Shown here in pieces: positions 54,801 through 64,000 of a stretch of 64,000 bases of DNA. Where the stretch lies: positions 14,012,001 through 14,076,000 of the forward strand of contig OZ176053.1 of assembly GCA_964247055.1 (NCBI GenBank). Reading direction: 5' to 3'. The notes beneath the pieces are model-generated. The model searched no databases and had not been told where the DNA came from. It worked only from the letters and a program-made list of their open reading frames with translations. This stretch comes from Paragordius varius (lineage: Eukaryota; Animalia; Nematomorpha). A program made the translations under genes and the position numbers. Position 1 is the stretch's first letter, and each line of letters begins with the position of its first letter.

Positions 54801-57800
54801 AGGGCTACCCAAAAAAAATTATGGTGACATAACCTGATCAAATTTGGATTTTAGGTAGCCATTTTTATTTTTAAAATCGTATAAAATAAATTTTTTAAAT
54901 ATTTAAAAACTTCATAAAAATTACATTTATAGTCCGATCCCCAAAATATTTGGGGTGATGATGGAACTACCATAGGGCTACCCAAAAAAAATTATGGCGA
55001 CATCACCTGATCAAATTTGGATTTTAGGTAGCCATTTTTATTTTTAAAATCGTATAAAATAAATTTTTTAAATATTTAAAAAATTCAAAAAAATTACATT
55101 TATACTCCGATCTCGAAAATATTTGGGGTGATGATGGAACTACCATAGGGCTACCCAAAAAAAATAATAATGACATCACCTGATCAAATTTGGATTTTAG
55201 GTAGCCATTTTTATTTTTAAAATCGTATAAAATAAATTTTTTAAATATTTAAAAATTTCATAAAAATTACATTTATACTCCGATCTCGAAAATATTTGCG
55301 GTGATGATGGAACTACCATAGGCTACCCAAAAAAATTATGGTGACATCACCTGATCGAATTTGGATTTTAGGTAGCCATTTTTGTTTTTAAAATCGTATA
55401 AAATAAACTTTTTAAATATTTAAAAAATTCATAAAAATTATATTTATACTCCGATCTCGAAAATATTTGGGGTGATGATGGAACTACCATAGAGCTACCC
55501 AAAAAAAATTATGGTGACATAACCTGATCAAATTTGGATTTTAGGTAGCCATTTTTATTTTTAAAATCGTATAAAATAAATTTTTTAAATATTTAAAAAC
55601 TTCATAAAAATTACATTTATAGTCCGATCCCCAAAATATTTGGGGTGATGATGGAACTACCATAGGGCTACCCAAAAAAAATTATGGCGACGTCACCTGA
55701 TCAAATCTGGATTTTAGGTAGCCATTTTTATTTTTAAAATCGTATAAAATAAATTTTTTAAATATTTAAAAAATTCATAAAAATTATATTTATACTCCGA
55801 TCTCGAAAATATTTGGGGTGATGATGGAACTACCATAGGGCTACCCAAAAAAAATTATGGTGACATAACCTGATCAAATTTGTATTTTAGGTAGCCATTT
55901 TTATTTTTAAAATCGTATAAAATAAATTTATTAAATATTTAAAAACTTCATAAAAATTACATTTATAGTCCGATCCCCAAAATATTTGGGGTGATGATGG
56001 AACTACCATAGGGCTACCCAAAAAAAATTATGGCGACATCACCTGATCAAATTTGGATTTTAGGTAGCCATTTTTATTTTTAAAATCGTATAAAATAAAT
56101 TTTTTAAATATTTAAAAAATTCAAAAAAATTACATTTATACTCCGATCTCGAAAATATTTGGGGTGATGATGGAACTACAATAGGGCTACCCAAAAAAAA
56201 TAATAATGACATCACCTGATCAAATTTGGATTTTAGGTAGCCATTTTTATTTTTAAAATCGTATAAAATAAATTTTTTAAATATTTAAAAATTTCATAAA
56301 AATTACATTTATACTCCGATCTCGAAAATATTTGCGGTGATGATGGAACTACCATAGGCTACCCAAAAAAATTATGGTGACATCACCTGATCGAATTTGG
56401 ATTTTAGGTAGCCATTTTTGTTTTTAAAATCGTATAAAATAAACTTTTTAAATATTTAAAAAATTCATAAAAATTATATTTATACTCCGATCTCGAAAAT
56501 ATTTGGGGTGATGATGGAACTACCATAGAGCTACCCAAAAAAAATTATGGTGACATAACCTGATCAAATTTGGATTTTAGGTAGCCATTTTTATTTTTAA
56601 AATCGTATAAAATAAATTTTTTAAATATTTAAAAACTTCATAAAAATTACATTTATAGTCCGATCCCCAAAATATTTGGGGTGATGATGGAACTACCATA
56701 GGGCTACCCAAAAAAAATTATGGCGACGTCACCTGATCAAATCTGGATTTTAGGTAGCCATTTTTATTTTTAAAATCGTATAAAATAAATTTTTTAAATA
56801 TTTAAAAAATTCATAAAAATTATATTTATACTCCGATCTCGAAAATATTTGGGGTGATGATGGAACTACCATAGGGCTACCCAAAAAAATTATAGTGACA
56901 TCACCTGATCAAATTTGCATTTTAGGTAGCCATTTTTATTTTTAAAATCGTATAAAATAAATTTTTTAAATATTTAAAAAATTCATAAAAATTACATTTA
57001 TACTCCGATCTCGAAAATATTTGGGGTGATGATGGAACTACCATAGGGCTACCCAAAAAAATTATAATGACATCACCTGATCAAATTTGGATTTTAGGTA
57101 GCCATTTTTATTTTTAAAATCGTATAAAATAAATTTTTTAAATATTTAAAAAATTCATAAAAATTACATTTATACTCCGATCTCGAAAATATTTGGGGTG
57201 ATGATGGAACTACCATAGGCTACCCAAAAAAATTATGGTGACATCACCTGATCAAATTTGGATTTTAGGTAGCCATTTTTATTTTTAAAATCGTATAAAA
57301 TAAATTTTTTAAATATTTAAAAAATTCATAAAAATTACATTTATACTCCGATCTCGAAAATATTTGGGGTGATGATGGAACTACCATAGGCTACCCAAAA
57401 AAATTATGGCGACATCACCTGATCAAATTTGGATTTTAGGTAGCCATTTTTATTTTTAAAATCGTATAAAATAAATTTTTTAAATATTTAAAAAATTCAT
57501 AAAAATTACATTTATACTCCGATCTCGAAAATATTTGGGGTGATGATGGAACTACCATAGGGCTACCCAAAAAAAATTATGGTGACATAACCTGATCAAA
57601 TTTGGATTTTAGGTAGCCATTTTTATTTTTAAAATCGTATAAAATAAATTTTTTAAATATTTAAAAACTTCATAAAAATTACATTTATAGTCCGATCCCC
57701 AAAATATTTGGGGTGATGATGGAACTACCATAGGGCTACCCAAAAAAAATTATGGCGACATCACCTGATCAAATTTGGATTTTAGGTAGCCATTTTTATT

Positions 57801-60171
57801 TTTAAAATCGTATAAAATAAATTTTTTAAATATTTAAAAAATTCAAAAAAATTACATTTATACTCCGATCTCGAAAATATTTGGGGTGATGATGGAACTA
57901 CCATAGGGCTACCCAAAAAAAATAATAATGACATCACCTGATCAAATTTGGATTTTAGGTAGCCATTTTTATTTTTAAAATCGTATAAAATAAATTTTTT
58001 AAATATTTAAAAATTTCATAAAAATTACATTTATACTCCGATCTCGAAAATATTTGCGGTGATGATGGAACTACCATAGGCTACCCAAAAAAATTATGGT
58101 GACATCACCTGATCGAATTTGGATTTTAGGTAGCCATTTTTGTTTTTAAAATCGTATAAAATAAACTTTTTAAATATTTAAAAAATTCATAAAAATTATA
58201 TTTATACTCCGATCTCGAAAATATTTGGGGTGATGATGGAACTACCATAGAGCTACCCAAAAAAAATTATGGTGACATAACCTGATCAAATTTGGATTTT
58301 AGGTAGCCATTTTTATTTTTAAAATCGTATAAAATAAATTTTTTAAATATTTAAAAACTTCATAAAAATTACATTTATAGTCCGATCCCCAAAATATTTG
58401 GGGTGATGATGGAACTACCATAGGGCTACCCAAAAAAAATTATGGCGACGTCACCTGATCAAATCTGGATTTTAGGTAGCCATTTTTATTTTTAAAATCG
58501 TATAAGATAAATTTTTTAAATATTTAAAAAATTCATAAAAATTATATTTATACTCCGATCTCGAAAATATTTGGGGTGATGATGGAACTACCATAGGGCT
58601 ACCCAAAAAAAATTATGGTGACATAACCTGATCAAATTTGTATTTTAGGTAGCCATTTTTATTTTTAAAATCGTATAAAATAAATTTTTTAAATATTTAA
58701 AAACTTCATAAAAATTACATTTATAGTCCGATCCCCAAAATATTTGGGGTGATGATGGAACTACCATAGGGCTACCCAAAAAAAATTATGGCGACATCAC
58801 CTGATCAAATTTGGATTTTAGGTAGCCATTTTTATTTTTAAAATCGTATAAAATAAATTTTTTAAATATTTAAAAAATTCAAAAAAATTACATTTATACT
58901 CCGATCTCGAAAATATTTGGGGTGATGATGGAACTACAATAGGGCTACCCAAAAAAAATAATAATGACATCACCTGATCAAATTTGGATTTTAGGTAGCC
59001 ATTTTTATTTTTAAAATCGTATAAAATAAATTTTTTAAATATTTAAAAATTTCATAAAAATTACATTTATACTCCGATCTCGAAAATATTTGCGGTGATG
59101 ATGGAACTACCATAGGCTACCCAAAAAAATTATGGTGACATCACCTGATCGAATTTGGATTTTAGGTAGCCATTTTTGTTTTTAAAATCGTATAAAATAA
59201 ACTTTTTAAATATTTAAAAAATTCATAAAAATTATATTTATACTCCGATCTCGAAAATATTTGGGGTGATGATGGAACTACCATAGAGCTACCCAAAAAA
59301 AATTATGGTGACATAACCTGATCAAATTTGGATTTTAGGTAGCCATTTTTATTTTTAAAATCGTATAAAATAAATTTTTTAAATATTTAAAAACTTCATA
59401 AAAATTACATTTATAGTCCGATCCCCAAAATATTTGGGGTGATGATGGAACTACCATAGGGCTACCCAAAAAAAATTATGGCGACGTCACCTGATCAAAT
59501 CTGGATTTTAGGTAGCCATTTTTATTTTTAAAATCGTATAAAATAAATTTTTTAAATATTTAAAAAATTCATAAAAATTATATTTATACTCCGATCTCGA
59601 AAATATTTGGGGTGATGATGGAACTACCATAGGGCTACCCAAAAAAATTATAGTGACATCACCTGATCAAATTTGCATTTTAGGTAGCCATTTTTATTTT
59701 TAAAATCGTATAAAATAAATTTTTTAAATATTTAAAAAATTCATAAAAATTACATTTATACTCCGATCTCGAAAATATTTGGGGTGATGATGGAACTACC
59801 ATAGGGCTACCCAAAAAAATTATAATGACATCACCTGATCAAATTTGGATTTTAGGTAGCCATTTTTATTTTTAAAATCGTATAAAATAAATTTTTTAAA
59901 TATTTAAAAAATTCATAAAAATTACATTTATACTCCGATCTCGAAAATATTTGGGGTGATGATGGAACTACCATAGGCTACCCAAAAAAATTATGGTGAC
60001 ATCACCTGATCAAATTTGGATTTTAGGTAGCCATTTTTATTTTTAAAATCGTATAAAATAAATTTTTTAAATATTTAAAAAATTCATAAAAATTACATTT
60101 ATACTCCGATCTCGAAAATATTTGGGGTGATGATGGAACTACCATAGGGCTACCCAAAAAAAATTATGGTG
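51893..60171. repeat. Nested HOR: 6-monomer unit (1036 bp) occurring as doublets, repeated three times with super-periods of 3280 and 2758 bp
   Basis: The C of TTTGCGGTG lies at 52019/53055, 55299/56335 and 58057/59093. GATCGAAT, TTTGTTTT, AGAGCT and GACGTC are linked in the same order each time. Confidence 0.9.
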
Positions 60172-63100
60172 ACATAACCTGATCAAATTTGGATTTTAGG
60201 TAGCCATTTTTATTTTTAAAATCGTATAAAATAAATTTTTTAAATATTTAAAAACTTCATAAAAATTACATTTATAGTCCGATCCCCAAAATATTTGGGG
60301 TGATGATGGAACTACCATAGGGCTACCCAAAAAAAATTATGGCGACATCACCTGATCAAATTTGGATTTTAGGTAGCCATTTTTATTTTTAAAATCGTAT
60401 AAAATAAATTTTTTAAATATTTAAAAAATTCAAAAAAATTACATTTATACTCCGATCTCGACAATATTTGGGGTGATGATGGAATTACCATAGGGCTACC
60501 CAAAAAAAATTATGGTGACATCACCTGATCAGATTTGGATTTTAGGTAGCCATTTTTATTTTTAATATCGTATAAAATAAATTTTTTAAATATTTAAAAA
60601 ATTCATAAAAATTACATTTATACTCCGATCTCGACAATATTTGGGGTGATGATGGAACTAGCATAGGGCTACCCAAAAAAAATTATGGTGACATAACCTG
60701 ATCAAATTTGGATTTTAGGTAGCCATTTTTATTTTTAAAATCGTATAAAATAAATTTTTTAAATATTTAAAAAATTCATAAAAATTACATTTATACTCCG
60801 ATCTCGACAATATTTGGGGTGATGATGGAACTAGCATAGGGCTACCCAAAAAAATTATGGTGACATAACCTGATCAAATTTGGATTTTAGGTAGCCATTT
60901 TTATTTTTAAAATCGTATAAAATAAATTTTTTAAATATTTAAAAAATTCATAAAAATTACATTTATACTCCGATCTCGAAAATATTTGGGGTGATGATGG
61001 AATTACCATAGGGCTACCCAAAAAAAATTATGGTGACATAACCTGATCGAATTTGGATTTTAGGTAGCCATTTTTATTTTTAAAATCGTATAAAATAAAT
61101 TTTTTAAATATTTAAAAAATTCATAAAAATTACATTTATACTCCGATCTCGACAATATTTGGGGTGATGATGGAACTAGCATAGGGCTACCCAAAAAAAA
61201 TTATGGTGACATCACCTGATCAAATTTGGATTTTAGGTAGCCATTTTTATTTTTAAAATCGTATAAAATAAATTTTTTAAATATTTAAAAAATTCATAAA
61301 AATTACATTTATACTCCGATCTCGAAAATACTTGGGGTGATGATGGAACTACCATAGGGCTACCCAAAAAAAATTATGGTGACATCACCTGATCAAATTT
61401 GGATTTTAGGTAGCCATTTTTATTTTTAAAATCGTATAAAATAAATTTTTTAAATATTTAAAAAATTCATAAAAATTACATTTATACTCCGATCTCGAAA
61501 ATATTTGGGGTGATGATGGAACTACCATAGGGCTACCCAAAAAAATTATGGTGACATCACCTGATCAAATTTGGATTTTAGGTAGCCATTTTTATTTTTA
61601 AAATCGTATAAAATAAATTTTTTAAATATTTAAAAAATTCATAAAAATTACATTTATACTCCGATCTCGAAAATATTTGGGGTGATGATGGAACTACCAT
61701 AGGGCTACCCAAAAAAATTATGGTGACATCACCTGATCAAATTTGGATTTTAGGTAGCCATTTTTATTTTTAAAATCGTATAAAATAAATTTTTTAAATA
61801 TTTAAAAAATTCATAAAAATTACATTTATACTCCGATCTCGAAAATATTTGGGGTGATGATGGAACTACCATAGGGCTACCCAAAAAAAAATATGGTGAC
61901 ATAACCTGATCAAATTTGGATTTTAGGTAGCCATTTTTATTTTTAAAATCGTATAAAATAAATTTTTTAAATATTTAAAAACTTCATAAAAATTACATTT
62001 ATAGTCCGATCCCCAAAATATTTGGGGTGATGATGGAACTACCATAGGGCTACCCAAAAAAAATTATGGCGACATCACCTGATCAAATTTGGATTTTAGG
62101 TAGCCATTTTTATTTTTAAAATCGTATAAAATAAATTTTTTAAATATTTAAAAAATTCAAAAAAATTACATTTATACTCCGATCTCGACAATATTTGGGG
62201 TGATGATGGAATTACCATAGGGCTACCCAAAAAAAATTATGGTGACATCACCTGATCAGATTTGGATTTTAGGTAGCCATTTTTATTTTTAATATCGTAT
62301 AAAATAAATTTTTTAAATATTTAAAAAATTCATAAAAATTACATTTATACTCCGATCTCGACAATATTTGGGGTGATGATGGAACTAGCATAGGGCTACC
62401 CAAAAAAAATTATGGTGACATAACCTGATCAAATTTGGATTTTAGGTAGCCATTTTTATTTTTAAAATCGTATAAAATAAATTTTTTAAATATTTAAAAA
62501 ATTCATAAAAATTACATTTATACTCCGATCTCGACAATATTTGGGGTGATGATGGAACTAGCATAGGGCTACCCAAAAAAAATTATGGTGACATAACCTG
62601 ATCAAATTTGGATTTTAGGTAGCCATTTTTATTTTTAAAATCGTATAAAATAAATTTTTTAAATATTTAAAAAATTCATAAAAATTACATTTATACTCCG
62701 ATCTCGAAAATATTTGGGGTGATGATGGAATTACCATAGGGCTACCCAAAAAAAATTATGGTGACATAACCTGATCAAATTTGGATTTTAGGTAGCCATT
62801 TTTATTTTTAAAATCGTATAAAATAAATTTTTTAAATATTTAAAAAATTCATAAAAATTACATTTATACTCCGATCTCGACAATATTTGGGGTGATGATG
62901 GAACTAGCATAGGGCTACCCAAAAAAAATTATGGTGACATCACCTGATCAAATTTGGATTTTAGGTAGCCATTTTTATTTTTAAAATCGTATAAAATAAA
63001 TTTTTTAAATATTTAAAAAATTCATAAAAATTACATTTATACTCCGATCTCGAAAATATTTGGGGTGATGATGGAACTACCATAGGGCTACCCAAAAAAA

Positions 63101-63281
63101 ATTATGGTGACATCACCTGATCAAATTTGGATTTTAGGTAGCCATTTTTATTTTTAAAATCGTATAAAATAAATTTTTTAAATATTTAAAAAATTCATAA
63201 AAATTACATTTATACTCCGATCTCGAAAATATTTGGGGTGATGATGGAACTACCATAGGGCTACCCAAAAAAATTATGGTG
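60172..63281. repeat. 10-monomer HOR duplication (1727 bp, second copy truncated)
   Basis: GATCCCC occurs at 60281/62008. The G of ACTAGCAT lies at 60661/62388, 60834/62561 and 61179/62907 (the last pair 1728 because of an A7/A8 difference). Confidence 0.88.
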
Positions 63282-64000
63282 ACATCACCTGATCAAATTT
63301 GGATTTTAGGTAGCCATTTTTATTTTTAAAATCGTATAAAATAAATTTTTTAAATATTTAAAAAATTCATAAAAATTACATTTATACTCCGATCTCGACA
63401 ATATTTGGGGTGATGATGGAACTACTAGAGGGCTACCCAAAAAAAATTATGGTCACATCACCTGATCAAATTTGGATTTTAAGTAGCCATTTTTATTTTT
63501 AATATCGTATAAAATAAATTTTTTAAATATTTAAAAAATTCATAAAAATTACATTTATACTCCGATCTCGACAATATTTGGGGTGATGATGGAATTACCT
63601 TAGGACTACCCAAAAAAAATTATGGTGACATCACCTGATCAAATTTGGATTTTAGGTAGCCATTTTTATTTTTAAAATCGTATAAAATAAATTTTTTAAA
63701 TATTAAAAAAATTCATAAAAATTACATTTATACTCCGATCTCGAAAATATCTTAGGTGATGATGGAACTACCATAGGGCTACCCAAAAAAAATTATGGCG
63801 ACATCACCTGATCAGATTTGGATTTTAGGTAGCCATTTTTATTTTTAATATCGTATAAAATAAATTTTTTAAATATTTAAAAAATTCATAAAAATTACAT
63901 TTAAAGTCCGATCTCGAAAATATTTGGGGTGATGATGGAACTACCATAGGGCTACCCAAAAAAAATTATGGCGACATCACCTGATCAAATCTGGATTTTA

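Larger units (their letters stand above)
1..64000. repeat. AT-rich tandem satellite DNA array, ~172-173 bp monomer, ~370 head-to-tail copies in a single orientation
   Basis: ACATCACCTG starts at 1 and recurs at 173, then about every 172-173 bp to the end of the window. Monomers differ only by scattered substitutions and short indels, with rare shorter monomers of ~140-168 bp. The consensus has 45 G+C in 173 bp and is bipartite: ~70 bp of ~94% AT plus ~100 bp of ~40% GC. The array runs off both window edges. Confidence 0.99.

Noticed and set aside
1-64000. Protein-coding ORFs or a repetitive protein gene
   Set aside because: The AT-rich half has multiple TAA/TTA triplets on both strands, and 172/173-bp units with frequent indels do not preserve frame. 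The ATGs (GATGATGG, TTATGG) open only very short frames.
1-64000. CRISPR array
   Set aside because: There are no unique spacers; the whole unit repeats, and the length is far beyond a CRISPR repeat. No cas genes are present.

Overview
The whole 64 kb window is one uninterrupted head-to-tail tandem array of an AT-rich satellite. It holds about 370 monomers of mostly 172-173 bp, all in one orientation, with ~26% GC counted on the consensus. Consensus, phased at position 1: ACATCACCTGATCAAATTTGGATTTTAGGTAGCCATTTTTATTTTTAAAATCGTATAAAATAAATTTTTTAAATATTTAAAAAATTCATAAAAATTACATTTATACTCCGATCTCGAAAATATTTGGGGTGATGATGGAACTACCATAGGGCTACCC(A7-8)TTATGGTG. I found no genes, RNA genes, transposon insertions, strand inversions or unique sequence. 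The architecture is typical of eukaryotic centromeric, pericentromeric or other heterochromatic satellite, but I do not recognise the family or the organism. Diagnostic variants show layered higher-order repeats (HORs): 5-mer (860 bp), 19-mer (3257 bp) reduced to a 17-mer (2916 bp), 12-mer (2066 bp), 6-mer doublets (1036 bp) and 10-mer (1727 bp). There are also long-range block duplications at offsets of 4962, 11492 and 27463 bp, and distinct left and right variant domains. The monomer carries a perfect 24-bp AT palindrome, interleaved inverted repeats, and a box C/box D arrangement with a kink-turn-compatible terminal stem; that last feature is the only, speculative, hint of a functional RNA unit. 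I cannot support a claim of a new biological system from this sequence alone. All periods were hand-counted from marker variants, so block boundaries are approximate to about one monomer.
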